Of a stretch of DNA of 64,000 nt, positions 39,701-53,900 are shown piece after piece. The notes under the pieces were generated by a model. The model did not search any database, was not told where the DNA came from, and saw only the letters and a list, made by a program, of their open reading frames with translations. Origin of the DNA: Eledone cirrhosa. Taxonomy: Eukaryota. Made by a program: the position numbers and the translations under genes. Where the stretch lies: the NCBI GenBank assembly GCA_964016885.1, contig OZ024740.1:138074001-138138000 (forward strand), read 5' to 3'. Position 1 is the stretch's first letter; the number at the start of each line of letters is the position of its first letter.

Positions 39701-42700
39701 ATTCTCTCTTTCTCTGATCACTTTTCTCTCAATCTCCAATTCTCTCTTTCTCTTATCACTTTTCTCTCAATCTCCAATTCTCTCTTTCTCTTATCACTTT
39801 TCTCTCAATCTCCAATTCTCTCTCTCTGTTATCACTTTTCCCCCAATCTCCCATTCTCTCTCTCTCATATCACTTTTCTCTCAATCTCCCATTCTCTCTT
39901 TCTCTTATAACTTTTCTCTCAATGTCCAATTCTCTCTGTTTCTTATCACTTTTCTCTCAATCTCCCATTCTCTCTTTCTCTTATCACTTTTCTCTCAATC
40001 TCCAATTCTCTCTTTCTCTTATCACTTTTCTCTCAATGTCCAATTCTCTCTGTTTCTTATCACTTTTCTCTCAATCTCCAATTCTTTCTTTCTCTTATCA
40101 CTTTTCTCTCAATCTCCAATTCTCTCTTTCTCTTATCAATTTTCTCTCAATCTCCAATTCTCTCTTTCTCTTATCACTTTTCTCTCAATCTCCAATTCTC
40201 TCTTTCTCTTATCACTTTTCTCTTAATCTCCAATTCTCTCTCTCTTTTATCACTTTTTCTCTCAATCTCCAATTCTCTCTTTTTCTTATCACTTTTCCCT
40301 CAATCTCCAATTCTCTCTTTCTGTTATCACTTTTCTCTCAACCTCCCATTCTCTCTTTCTCTTATGACTTTTCTCTCAATCACCAACTCTCTATGTCTCT
40401 TATCACTTTTCTCTGAATATCCAATTCTCTCTTTCTCTTATCACTTTTCTCTCAATCTCCAATTCTCTCTTTCTCTTATCACTTTTCTCTCAATCTCCAA
40501 TTCTCTCTTTCTCTTATCACTTTTCTCTCAATCTCCAAATCTCTCTTTCTCTGATCACTTTTCTCTCAATCTCCAATTCACTCTTTCTCTTATCACTTTT
40601 CTCTCAATCTCCAATTCTCTCTTTCTCTTATCACTTTCCTCTCAATCTCCAATTCTCTCTTTCTCTGATCACTTTTCTCTCAATCTCCAATTCTCTCTTT
40701 CTCTTATCACTTTTCTCTCAATCTCCAATTCTCTCTTTCTCTTATCACTTTTCTCTCAATCTCCAATTCTCTCTTTCTCTTATCACTTTTCCCCCAATCT
40801 CCAATTCTCTCTTTCTCTTATCACTTTTCTCTCAATCTCCAATTCTCTCATTCTCTTATCACTTTTCTCCCAATCTCCAATTCTCTCTGTTTCTTATCAC
40901 TTTTCTCTCAATCTCCAATTCTCTCTTTCTCTTATCACTTTTCTCTCAATCTCCAATTCTCTCTTTCTCTTATCACTTTTCTCTCAATCTCTAATTCTCT
41001 CTTTCTCTTATCACTTTTCTCTCAATCTCCAATTCTCTCTTTCTCTTATCACTTTTCTCTCAATCTCCAATACTCTCTTTCTCTTATCACTTTTCTCTCA
41101 ATCTCAAATTCTCTCATTCTCTTATCACTTTTCTCTCAATCTCCAATTCTCTCTTTCTCTTATCACTTTTCTCTCAATCTCCAATTCTCTCTTTCTCTTA
41201 TCACTTTTCTCTCAATCTCCAATCCTCTCTTTCTCTTATCACTTTTCTCTCAATGTCCAATTCTCTCTGTTTCTTATCACTTTTCTCTCAATCTCCAATT
41301 CTCTCTCCCTGTTATCACTTTTCCCCCAATCTTCCATTCTCTCTCTCTCATATCACTTTTCTCTCAATCTTCAATTCTCTCTTTCTCTTATCACTTTTCT
41401 CTCAATCTCCAATTCTCTCTTTCTCTTATCACTTTTCTCTCAATCTCCAATTTTCTCTTTCTCTTATCACATTTCTCTCAATCTCCACTTCTCTCTTTCT
41501 CTTATCACTTTTCTCTCAATCTCCAATTCTCTCTTTCTCTTATGACTTTTCTCTCAATCACCAATTCTCTCTGTCTCTTATCACTTTTCTCTCAATCGCC
41601 AATTCTTTCTGACTCTTATCACTTTTCTCTCAATCTCCAAATCTCTCTTTCTCTTATCACTTTTTTCTCAATCTCCAATTCTCTCTTACTCTTATCACTT
41701 TTCTCTCAATCTACAATTCTCTCTTTCTCTCATCACTTTTCTCTCAATCTCCAATTCTCTCTTTCTCTTATCACTTTTCTCTCAATCTCCAATTCTCTCT
41801 TTCTCTTATCACTTTTCTCTCAATCTCCAATTCACTCTTTCTCTTATCACTTTTCTCTCAATCTCCAATTCTCTCTTTCTCTTATCACTTTTCTCTCAAT
41901 CTCCAATTCTCCCTTTCTCTTATCACTTTTCTCTCAATCTCCAATTCACTCTTTCTCTTATCACTTTTCTCTAAATCTCCAATTCTCTCTTTTTCCTATC
42001 ACTTTTCCCTCAATCTCCAATTCTCTCTTTCTCTTATCACTTTTCCCCCAATCTCCAATTCTCTCTTTCTCTTATCACGTTTCTCTCAATCTCCTATTCT
42101 CTCTTTCTCTTATCACTTTTCTCCCAATCTCCAATTCTCTCTGTTTCTTATCACTTTTCTCTCAATCTCCAAATCTCTCTTTCTATTATCACTTTTCTCT
42201 CAATATCCAATTCTCTCTTTCTCTTATCACTTTTCTCTCAATCTCCAATTCTCTCTTTCTCTTATCACTTTTCTCTCAATCTCCAATCCTCTCTTTCTCT
42301 TATCACTTTTCTCTCAATGTCCAATTCTCTCTGTTTCTTATCACTTTTCTCTCAATCTCCAATTCTCTCTCCCTGTTATCACTTTTCCCCCAATCTCCCA
42401 TTCTCTCTCTCTCATATCACTTTTCTCTCAATCTCCACTTCTCTCTTTCTCTTATCACTTTTCTCTCAATCTCCAAATCTCTCTTTCTATTATCACTTTT
42501 CTCTCAATCTCCAAATCTCTCTTTCTCTTATCACTTTTATCTCAATCTCCAATTCTCTCTTACTCTTATCACTTTTCTCTCAATCTCCAATTCTCTCTTT
42601 CTCTCATCACTTTTCTCTGAATCTCCAATTCTCTCTTTCTCTTATCACTTTTATCTCAATCTCCAATTCTCTCTTTCTCTTATCACTTTTCTCTCAATCT

Positions 42701-43050
42701 CCAATTCTCTCTTTCTCTTATCACTTTTCTCTCAATCTCCAATTCTCTCTTTCTCTTATCCCTTTTCTCTCAATCTCCAATTCTCTCTTTCTCTTATCAC
42801 TTTTCTCTCAATCTCCAATTCTCTCTTTCTCTTATCACTTTTCTCTCAATCTCCAATTCTCTCTTTCTCTTATCACTTTTCTCTCAATCTCCAATTCTCT
42901 CTTTCTCTTATCACTTTTCTCTCAATCTCCAATTCTCTCTTTCTCTTATCACTTTTCTCTCAATCTCCAATTCTCTGTTTCTCTTATCACTTTTCTCTCA
43001 ATCTCCAATCCTCTCTTTCTCTTATCACTTTTCTCTCAATGTCCAATTCT
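35900..43050 (+). repeat. Higher-order tandem duplication, offset 3,649/3,687/3,725 bp (~35.9-39.3 kb vs ~39.55-43.05 kb)
   Basis: ORF pairs 36273/39922 and 36715/40364 are +3,649, 37566/41253 is +3,687 and 38592/42317 is +3,725. The private variant AATCGCCAATTCTTTCTGAC has its G at 37911 and 41598. The offset steps are exactly one monomer. Confidence 0.9.
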
Positions 43051-46000
43051 CTCTTTCTCTTATCACTTTTCTCTCAATCTCCAATTCTCCCTTTCTCTTA
43101 TCACTTTTCTCTCAATCTCCAATTCTCTCTTTTTCCTATCACTTTACCCTCAATCTCCAATTCTCTCTTTCTCTTATCACTTTTCCCCCAATCTCCAATA
43201 CTCTCTTTCTCTTATCACTTTTCTCTCAATCTCCTATTCTCTCTTTCTCTTATCACTTTTCTCCCAATCTCCAATTCTCTCTGTTTCTTATCACTTTTCT
43301 CTCAATCTCCAATTCTCTCTTTCTCTTATCACTTTTCTCTCAATGTCCAATTCTCTCTGTTTCTTATCACTTTTCTCTCAATCTCCAATTCTCTCTCCCT
43401 GTTATCACTTTTCCCCCAATCTCCCATTCTCTCTCTCTCATATCACTTTTCTCTCAATCTCCAATTCTCTCTTTCTCTTATCACTTTTCTCTCAATCTCC
43501 AATTCTCTCTTTCTCCTATCACTTTTCTCTCAATCTCCAATTTTCTCTTTCTCTTATCACATTTCTCTCAATCTCCACTTCTCTCTTTCTCTTATCAATT
43601 TTCCCTCAATCTCCAATTCTCTCTTTCTCTTATCACTTTTCTCTCAATCACCAATTCTCTCTGTCTCTTATCACTTTTCTCTCAATCACCAATTCTCTCT
43701 GACTCTTATCACTTTTCTCTCAATCTCCAAATCTCTCTTTCTCTTATCACTTTTCTCTCAATCTCCAATTCTCTCTTACTCTTATCACTTTTCTCTCAAT
43801 CTCCAATTCTCTCTTTCTCTCATCACTTTTCTCTCAATCTCCAATTCTCTCTTTCTCTTATCACTTTTCTCTCAATCTCTAATTCTCTCTTTCTCTTATC
43901 ACTTTTCTCTCAATCTCCAATTCTCTCTTTCTCTTATCACTTTTCTCTCAATCTCCAATTCTCTCTTACTCTTATCACTTTTCTCTCAATCTCCAATTCT
44001 CTCTTTCTCTCATCACTTTTCTCTCAATCTCCAATTCTCTCTTTCTCTTATCACTTTTCCCCCAATCTCCAATTCTCTCTTTCTCTTATCACTTTTCTCT
44101 CAATCTCCAATTCTCTCTTTCTCTTATCACTTTTCTCCCAATCACCAATTCTCTCTTTCTCTTATCACTTTTCTCTCAATCACCAATTCTCTCTGACTCT
44201 TATCACTTTTCTCTCAATCTCCAAATCTCTCTTTCTCTTATCACTTTTCTCTCAATCTCCAATTCTCTCTTTCTCTCATCACTTTTCTCTCAATCTCCAA
44301 TTCTCTCTTTCTCTCATCACTTTTCTCTCAATCTCCAATTCTCTCTTTCTCTTATCACTTTTATCTCAATCTCCAATTCTCTCTTTCTCTTATCACTTTT
44401 CTCTCAATCTCCAATTCTCTCTTTCTCTTATCACTTTTCCCTCAATCTCCAATTCTCTCCTTCCCTTATCACTTTTCTCTCAATCTCTAATTCTCTCTTT
44501 CTCTTATCACTTTTCTCTCAATCTCCAATTCTCTCTTTCTCTTATCACTTTTCTCTCAATCTCCAATTCTCTCTTTCTCTTATCACTTTTCCCTCAATCT
44601 CCAATTCTCTCCTTCCCTTATCACTTTTCTCTCAATCTCTAATTCTCTCTTTCTCTTATCACTTTTCTCTCAATCTCCAATTCTCTCTTTCTCTTATCAC
44701 TTTTCTCTCAATCTCCAAATCTCTCTTTCTCTTATCACTTTTCTCTTAATCTCCAATTCTCTCCTTCTCTTATCACTTTTCTCTCAATCTCTAATTCTCT
44801 CTTTCTCTTATCACTTTTCTCTCAATCTCCAATTCTCTCTTTCTCTTAACACTTTTCTCTCAATCTCCAATTCTCTCTTTCTCTTATCACTTTTCTCTCA
44901 ATCTCCAATTCTCCCTTTCTCTTATCACTTTTCCCTCAATCTCCAATTCTCTCTTTCTCTTATCACTTTTCTCTCAATCTCTAATTCTCTCTTTCTCTTA
45001 TCACTTTTCTCTCAATCTCCAATTCTCTCTTTCTCTTATCACTTTTCTCTCAATCTCCAATTCTCTCTTTCTCTTATCACTTTTCTCTCAATCTCCAATC
45101 CTCTCTTTCTCTTATCACTTTTCTCTCAATGTCCAATTCTCTCTGTTTCTTATCACTTTTCTCTCAATCTCCAATTCTCTCTCCCTGTTATCACTTTTCC
45201 CCCAATCTCCCATTCTCTCTCTCTCATATCACTTTTCTCTCAATCTCCACTTCTCTCTTTCTCTTATCACTTTTCTCTCAATCTCCAAATCTCTCTTTCT
45301 ATTATCACTTTTCTCTCAATCTCCAAATCTCTCTTTCTCTTATCACTTTTATCTCAATCTCCAATTCTCTCTTACTCTTATCACTTTTCTCTCAATCTCC
45401 AATTCTCTCTTTCTCTCATCACTTTTCTCTGAATCTCCAATTCTCTCTTTCTCTTATCACTTTTATCTCAATCTCCAATTCTCTCTTTCTCTTATCACTT
45501 TTCTCTCAATCTCCAATTCTCTCTTTCTCTTATCACTTTTCTCTCAATCTCCAATTCTCTCTTTCTCTTATCCCTTTTCTCTCAATCTCCAATTCTCTCT
45601 TTCTCTTATCACTTTTCTCTCAATCTCCAATTCTCTCTTTCTCTTATCACTTTTCTCTCAATCTCCAATTCTCTCTTTCTCTTATCACTTTTCTCTCAAT
45701 CTCCAATTCTCTCTTTCTCTTATCACTTTTCTCTCAATCTCCAATTCTCTCTTTCTCTTATCACTTTTCTCTCAATCTCCAATTCTCTGTTTCTCTTATC
45801 ACTTTTCTCTCAATCTCCAATCCTCTCTTTCTCTTATCACTTTTCTCTCAATGTCCAATTCTCTCTTTCTCTTATCACTTTTCTCTCAATCTCCAATTCT
45901 CCCTTTCTCTTATCACTTTTCTCTCAATCTCCAATTCTCTCTTTTTCCTATCACTTTACCCTCAATCTCCAATTCTCTCTTTCTCTTATCACTTTTCCCC

Positions 46001-47830
46001 CAATCTCCAATACTCTCTTTCTCTTATCACTTTTCTCTCAATCTCCTATTCTCTCTTTCTCTTATCACTTTTCTCCCAATCTCCAATTCTCTCTGTTTCT
46101 TATCACTTTTCTCTCAATCTCCAATTCTCTCTTTCTCTTATCACTTTTCTCTCAATGTCCAATTCTCTCTGTTTCTTATCACTTTTCTCTCAATCTCCAA
46201 TTCTCTCTCCCTGTTATCACTTTTCCCCCAATCTCCCATTCTCTCTCTCTCATATCACTTTTCTCTCAATCTCCAATTCTCTCTTTCTCTTATCACTTTT
46301 CTCTCAATCTCCAATTCTCTCTTTCTCCTATCACTTTTCTCTCAATCTCCAATTTTCTCTTTCTCTTATCACATTTCTCTCAATCTCCACTTCTCTCTTT
46401 CTCTTATCAATTTTCCCTCAATCTCCAATTCTCTCTTTCTCTTATCACTTTTCTCTCAATCACCAATTCTCTCTGTCTCTTATCACTTTTCTCTCAATCA
46501 CCAATTCTCTCTGACTCTTATCACTTTTCTCTCAATCTCCAAATCTCTCTTTCTCTTATCACTTTTCTCTCAATCTCCAATTCTCTCTTACTCTTATCAC
46601 TTTTCTCTCAATCTCCAATTCTCTCTTTCTCTCATCACTTTTCTCTCAATCTCCAATTCTCTCTTTCTCTTATCACTTTTCTCTCAATCTCTAATTCTCT
46701 CTTTCTCTTATCACTTTTCTCTCAATCTCCAATTCTCTCTTTCTCTTATCACTTTTCTCTCAATCTCCAATTCTCTCTTACTCTTATCACTTTTCTCTCA
46801 ATCTCCAATTCTCTCTTTCTCTCATCACTTTTCTCTCAATCTCCAATTCTCTCTTTCTCTTATCACTTTTCCCCCAATCTCCAATTCTCTCTTTCTCTTA
46901 TCACTTTTCTCTCAATCTCCAATTCTCTCTTTCTCTTATCACTTTTCTCCCAATCACCAATTCTCTCTTTCTCTTATCACTTTTCTCTCAATCACCAATT
47001 CTCTCTGACTCTTATCACTTTTCTCTCAATCTCCAAATCTCTCTTTCTCTTATCACTTTTCTCTCAATCTCCAATTCTCTCTTTCTCTCATCACTTTTCT
47101 CTCAATCTCCAATTCTCTCTTTCTCTCATCACTTTTCTCTCAATCTCCAATTCTCTCTTTCTCTTATCACTTTTATCTCAATCTCCAATTCTCTCATTCT
47201 CTTATCACTTTTCTCTCAATCTCCAATTCTCTCTTTCTCTTATCACTTTTCCCTCAATCTCCAATTCTCTCCTTCCCTTATCACTTTTCTCTCAATCTCT
47301 AATTCTCTCTTTCTCTTATCACTTTTCTCTCAATCTCCAATTCTCTCTTTCTCTTATCACTTTTCTCTCAATCTCCAATTCTCTCTTTCTCTTATCACTT
47401 TTCCCTCAATCTCCAATTCTCTCCTTCCCTTATCACTTTTCTCTCAATCTCTAATTCTCTCTTTCTCTTATCACTTTTCTCTCAATCTCCAATTCTCTCT
47501 TTCTCTTATCACTTTTCTCTCAATCTCCAAATCTCTCTTTCTCTTATCACTTTTCTCTTAATCTCCAATTCTCTCCTTCTCTTATCACTTTTCTCTCAAT
47601 CTCTAATTCTCTCTTTCTCTTATCACTTTTCTCTCAATCTCCAATTCTCTCTTTCTCTTAACACTTTTCTCTCAATCTCCAATTCTCTCTTTCTCTTATC
47701 ACTTTTCTCTCAATCTCCAATTCTCCCTTTCTCTTATCACTTTTCCCTCAATCTCCAATTCTCTCTTTCTCTTATCACTTTTCTCTCAATCTCTAATTCT
47801 CTCTTTCTCTTATCACTTTTCTCTCAATCT
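42270..47830 (+). repeat. Near-perfect tandem duplication, unit 2,812 bp = exactly 74 monomers
   Basis: ORFs 42317..43702 and 45129..46514 translate identically, and ORF ends 44196/47008 match. CTCTGAATCTCC has its G at 42619 and 45431; CACTTTACCCTC and CTCCTTCCCTTA recur at +2,812. Confidence 0.93.
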
Positions 47831-47949
47831 CCAATTCTCTCTTTCTCTTAACACTTTTCCCCCAATCTCCAATTCTCTCTTTCTCTTATCACTTTTCTCT
47901 CAATCTCCAATTCTCTCTTTCTCTTATCACTTTTCTCTCAATCTCCAAT

Positions 47950-50940
47950 TCTCTCTTTCTCTTATCACTTTTCTCTCAATATCCAATTCTCTCTCTCTCT
48001 TATCACTTTTCTCTCAATCTCCAATCCTCTCTTTCTCTTATCACTTTTCTCCCAATCTCCAATTCTCTCGGTTTCTTATCACTTTTCTCTCAATCTCCAA
48101 TTCTCTCTTTCTCTTATCACTTTTCTCTCAATCTCCAATTCTCTCTTTCTCTTATCACTTTTCTCTCAATCTCCAATTCTCTCTTTCTCTTATCACTTTT
48201 CTCTCAATCTCCAATTCTCTCTCTCTCTTATCACTTTCTCTCTCAATCTCCAATTCTCTCTTTTTCCTATCACTTTTCCCTCAATCTCCAATTCTCTCTT
48301 TCTCTTATCACTTTTCCCCCAATCTCCAATTCTCTCTTTCTCTTATCACTTTTCTCTCAATCTCCAATTCCCTCTTTCTCTTATCACTTTTCACCCAATC
48401 TCCAATTCTCTCTGTTTCTTATCACTTTTCTCTCAATCCCCAATTCTCTCTTTCTCTTATCACTTTTCTCTCAATATCCAATTCTCTCTTTCTCTTATCA
48501 CTTTTCTCTCAATCTCCAATTCTCTCTTTCTCTTATCACTTTTCTCCCAATCTCCAATTCTCTCTGTTTCTTATCACTTTTCTCTCAATCTCCAATTCTC
48601 TCTTTCTCTTATCACTTTTCTCTCAATCTCCAATTCTCTCTTTCTCTTATCACTTTTCTCTCAATCTCCAATTCTCTCTTTCTCTTATCACTTTTCTCTC
48701 AATCTCCAATTCTCTCTCTCTCTTATCACTTTCTCTCTCAATCTCCAATTCTCTCTTTTTCTTATCACTTTTCCCTCAATCTCCAATCCTCTCTTTCTCT
48801 TATCACTTTTCTCTCAATCTCCAATTCTCTCTTTCTCTTATCACTTTTCTCTCAATCTCCAATTCTCTCTTTCTCTTATCACTTTTCTCTCAATCTCCAA
48901 TTCTCTCTTTCTCTTATCACTTTTCTCTCAATCACCAATTCTCTCTGTCTCTTATCACTTTTCTCTCAATCACCAATTCTCTCTGACTCTTATCACTTTT
49001 CTTTCAATCTCTAAATCTCTCTTTCTCTTATCACTTTTCTCTCAATCTCCAATTCTCTCTTACTCTTATCACTTTTCTCTCAATCTCCAATTCTCTCTTT
49101 CTCTCATCACTTTTCTCTCAATCTCCAATTCTCTCTTTCTCTTATCACTTTTCTCTCAATCTCTAATTCTCTCTTTCTCTTATCACTTTTCTCTCAATCT
49201 CCAATTCTCTCTTTCTCTTATCACTTTTCTCTCAACCTCCAATTCTCTCTTTCGCTTATCACTTTTCTCTCAATCTCCAATTCTCTCTTTCTCTTATCAC
49301 TTTTCTCTCAATCTCCAATTCTCTATTTCTCTTATCACTTTTCTCTCAATCTCCAATTCTCCCTTTCTCTTATCAGTTTTCTCTCAATCTCCAAATCTCT
49401 CTTTTTCCTATCACTTTTCCCTCAATCTCCAATTCTCTCTTTCTCTTATCACTTTTCCCCCAATCTCCAATTCTCTCTTTCTCTTATCACTTTTCTCTCA
49501 ATCTCCAATTCTCTCTTTCTCTTATCACTTTTCTCCCAATCACCAATTCTCTCTTTCTCTTATCACTTTTCTCTCAATCACCAATTCTCTCTGACTCTTA
49601 TCACTTTTCTCTCAATCTCCAAATCTCTCTTTCTCTTATCACTTTTCTCTCAATCTCCAATTCTCTCTTTCTCTCATCACTTTTCTCTCAATCTCCAATT
49701 CTCTCTTTCTCTTATCACTTTTATCTCAATCTCCAATTCTCTCTTTCTCTTATCACTTTTCTCTCAATCTCCAATTCTCTCTTTCTCTTATCACTTTTCC
49801 CTCAATCTCCAATTCTCTCCTTCCCTTATCACTTTTCTCTCAATCTCTAATTCTCTCTTTCTCTTATCACTTTTCTCTCAATCTCCAATTCTCTCTTTCT
49901 CTTATCACTTTTCTCTCAATCTCCAATTCTCTCTTTCTCTTATCACTTTTCCCTCAATCTCCAATTCTCTCCTTCTCTTATCACTTTTCTCTCAATCTCT
50001 AATTCTCTCTTTCTCTTATCACTTTTCTCTCAATCTCCAATTCTCCCTTTCTCTTAACACTTTTCCCCCAATCTCCAATTCTCTCTTTCTCTTATCACCT
50101 TTCTCTCAATCTCCAATTCTCTCTTTCTCTTATCACTTTTCTCCCAATCTCCAATTATCTCGGTTTCTTATCACTTTTCTCTCAATCTCCAATTCTCTCT
50201 TTCTCTTATCACTTTTCTCTCAATCTCCAATTCTCTCTTTCTCTTATCACTTTTCTCTCAATCTCCAATTCTCTCTTTCTCTTATCACTTTTCTCTCAAT
50301 CTCCAATTCTCTCTCTCTCTTATCACTTTCTCTCTCAATCTCCAATTCTCTCTTTTTCCTATCACTTTTCCCTCAATCTCCAATTCTCTCTTTCTCTTAT
50401 CACTTTTCCCCCAATCTCCAATTCTCTCTTTCTCTTATCACTTTTCTCTCAATCTCCAATTCCCTCTTTCTCTTATCACTTTTCACCCAATCTCCAATTC
50501 TCTCTGTTTCTTATCACTTTTCTCTCAATCCCCAATTCTCTCTTTCTCTTATCACTTTTCTCTCAATATCCAATTCTCTCTTTCTCTTATCACTTTTCTC
50601 TCAATCTCCAATTCTCTCTTTCTCTTATCACTTTTCTCCCAATCTCCAATTCTCTCTGTTTCTTATCACTTTTCTCTCAATCTCCAATTCTCTCTTTCTC
50701 TTATCACTTTTCTCTCAATCTCCAATTCTCTCTTTCTCTTATCACTTTTCTCTCAATCTCCAATTCTCTCTTTCTCTTATCACTTTTCTCTCAATCTCCA
50801 ATTCTCTCTCTCTCTTATCACTTTCTCTCTCAATCTCCAATTCTCTCTTTTTCTTATCACTTTTCCCTCAATCTCCAATCCTCTCTTTCTCTTATCACTT
50901 TTCTCTCAATCTCCAATTCTCTCTTTCTCTTATCACTTTT
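47950..50940 (+). repeat. Duplicated block, offset 2,092 bp (~48.0-48.9 kb vs ~50.1-50.9 kb; third copy ~55.9-56.8 kb)
   Basis: TTTTCACCCAATC has its A at 48393, 50485 and 56341. CTCGGTTTC has its GG at 48070-48071 and 50162-50163. Confidence 0.85.
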
Positions 50941-53900
50941 CTCTCAATCTCGAATTCTCTCTTTCTTTTATCACTTTTCTCTCAATCTCCAATCCTCTCT
51001 TTCTCTTATCACTTTTCCCTCAATGTCCAATTCTCTCTGTTTCTTATCACTTTTCTCTCAATCTCCAATTCTCTCTTTCTCTTATCACTTTTCTCTCAAT
51101 CTCCAATTCTCTCTTTCTCTTATCACTTTTCTCTCAATCTCCAATTCTCTCTTTCTCTTATCACTTTTCTCTCAATCTCCAATTCTCTCTCTCTCTTATC
51201 ACTTTCTCTCTCAATCTCCAATTCTCTCTTTCTCTTATCAGTTTTCTCTCAATATCCAATTCTCTCTCTCTCTTATCACTTTTCTCTCAATCTCCAATTC
51301 TGTCTTTCTCTTATCACTTTTCTCCCACTCTCCAATTCTCTCTGTTTCTTATCACTTTTCTCTCGATCTCTAATTCTCTCTTTCTCTTATCACTTTTCTC
51401 TCAATCTCCAATTCTCTCTTTCTCTTATCACTTTTCTCTCAATCTCCAATTCTCTCTTTCTCTTATCACTTTTCTCTCAATCTCCAATTCTCTCAATCTC
51501 TTATCACTTTCTCTCTCAATCTCCAATTCTCTCTTTTTCCTATCACTTTTCTCTCAATCTCCAATTCTCTCTTTCTCTTATCACTTTTCCCCCAATCTCC
51601 AATTCTCTCTTTCTCTTATCACTTTTCTCTCAATCTCCAATTCTCTCTCTCTCATATCACTTTTCTCTCAATCTCCAATTTTCTCTTTCTCTTATCACAT
51701 TTCTCTCAATCTCCACTTCTCTCTTTCTCTTATCACTTTTCTCTCAACCTCCCATTCTCTCTTTCTCTTATGACTTTTCTCTCAATCACCAATTCTCTCT
51801 GTCTCTTATCACTTTTCTCTCAATCACCAATTCTCTCTGACTCTGATCACTTTTCTCTCAATCTCCAAATCTCTCTTTCTCTTATCACTTTTCTCTCAAT
51901 CTCCAATTCTCTCTTACTCTTATCACTTTTCTCTCAATCTCCAATTCTCTCTTTCTCTCATCACTTTTCTCTCAATCTCCAATTCTCTCTTTCTCTTATC
52001 ACTTTTATCTCAATCTCCAATTCTCTCTTTCTCTTATCACTTTTCTCTCAATCTCCAATTCTCTCTTTCTCTTATCACTTTTCTCTCAATCTCCAATTCT
52101 CTCTTTCTCTTATCACTTTTCTCTCAATCTCCAAATCTCTCTTTCTCTTATCACTTTTCTCTCAATCTCCAATTCTCTCTTTCTCTTATCACTTTTCTTT
52201 CAATCTCCAATTCTCTCTTTCTCTTATCACTTTTCTCTCAATCTCCAATTCTCTCTTTCTCTTATCACTTTTCTCTCAATCTCTAATTCTCTCTTTCTCT
52301 TATCACTTTTCTCTCAATCTCCAATTCTCTCTTTCTCTTATCACTTTTCTCTCAATCTCCAATTCTCTCTTTCTGTTATCACTTTTCTCTCAATCTCCAA
52401 TTCTCTCTTTCTCTTATCACTTTTCTCTCAATCTCCAATTCTCCCTTTCTCTTATCACTTTTCTCTCAATCTCCAGTTCTCTCTTTTTCTTATCACTTTT
52501 CTCTCAATGTCTAATTCTCTCTGTTTCTTATCACTTTTCTCTCAATCTCATATTCTCTCTTTCTCTTATTACTTTTCTCTCAATCTCCAATTCTCTCTTT
52601 CTCATATCACTTTTCTCTCAATCCCCGATTTTCTCTTTCTATTATCACATTTCTCTCAATCTCCAATTCACTCTTACTCTTATCACTTTTCTCTCAATCT
52701 CCAATTCTTTCTTTCTCTTATCACTTTTCTCTCAATCTCCAATTCTCCCTTTCTCTTATCACTTTTCTCTCAATCTCCAATTCACTCTTTCTCTTATCAC
52801 TTTTCTCTCAATCTCCAATTCTCTCTTTTTCCTATCACTTTTCCCTCAATCTCCAATTCTCTCTTTCTCTTATCACTTTTCCCCCAATCTCCAATTCTCT
52901 CTTTCTCTTATCACGTTTCTCTCAATCTCCTATTCTCTCTTTCTCTTATCACTTTTCTCCCAATCTCCAATTCTCTCTGTTTCTTATCACTTTTCTCTCA
53001 ATCTCCAATTCTCTCTTTCTCTCATCACTTTTCTCTCAATCTCCAATTCTCTCTTTCTCTTATCACTTTTATCTCAATCTCCAATTCTCTCTTTCTCTTA
53101 TCACTTTTCTCTCAATATCCAATTCTCTCTTTCTCTTATCACTTTTCTCTCAATCTCCAATTCTCTATTTCTCTTATCACTTTTCTCTCAATCTCCACTT
53201 CTCTCTTTCTCTTATCACTTTTCTCTCAACCTCCCATTCTCTCTTTCTCTTATGACTTTTCTCTCAATCACCAATTCTCTCTGTCTCTTATCACTTTTCT
53301 CTCAATCACCAATTCTCTCTGACTCTTATCACTTTTCTCTCAATCTCCAAATCTCTCTTTCTCTTATCACTTTTATCTCAATCTCCAATTCTCTCTTACT
53401 CTTATCACTTTTCTCTCAATCTCCAATTCTCTCTTTCTCTCATCACTTTTCTCTCAATCTCCAATTCTCTCTTTCTCTTATCACTTTTATCTCAATCTCC
53501 AATTCTCTCTTTCTCTTATCACTTTTCTCTCAATCTCCAATTCTCTCTTTCTCTTATCACTTTTCTCTCAATCTCCAATTCTCTCTTTCTCTTATCCCTT
53601 TTCTCTCAATCTCCAATTCTCTCTTTCTCTTATCACTTTTCTCTCAATCTCCAATTCTCTCTTTCTCTTATCACTTTTCTCTCAATCTCCAATTCTCTCT
53701 TTCTCTTATCACTTTTCTCTCAATCTCCAATTCTCTCTTTCTCTTATCACTTTTCTCTCAATCTCCAATTCTCTGTTTCTCTTATCACTTTTCTCTCAAT
53801 CTCCAATCCTCTCTTTCTCTTATCACTTTTCTCTCAATGTCCAATTCTCTCTTTCTCTTATCACTTTTCTCTCAATCTCCAATTCTCCCTTTCTCTTATC

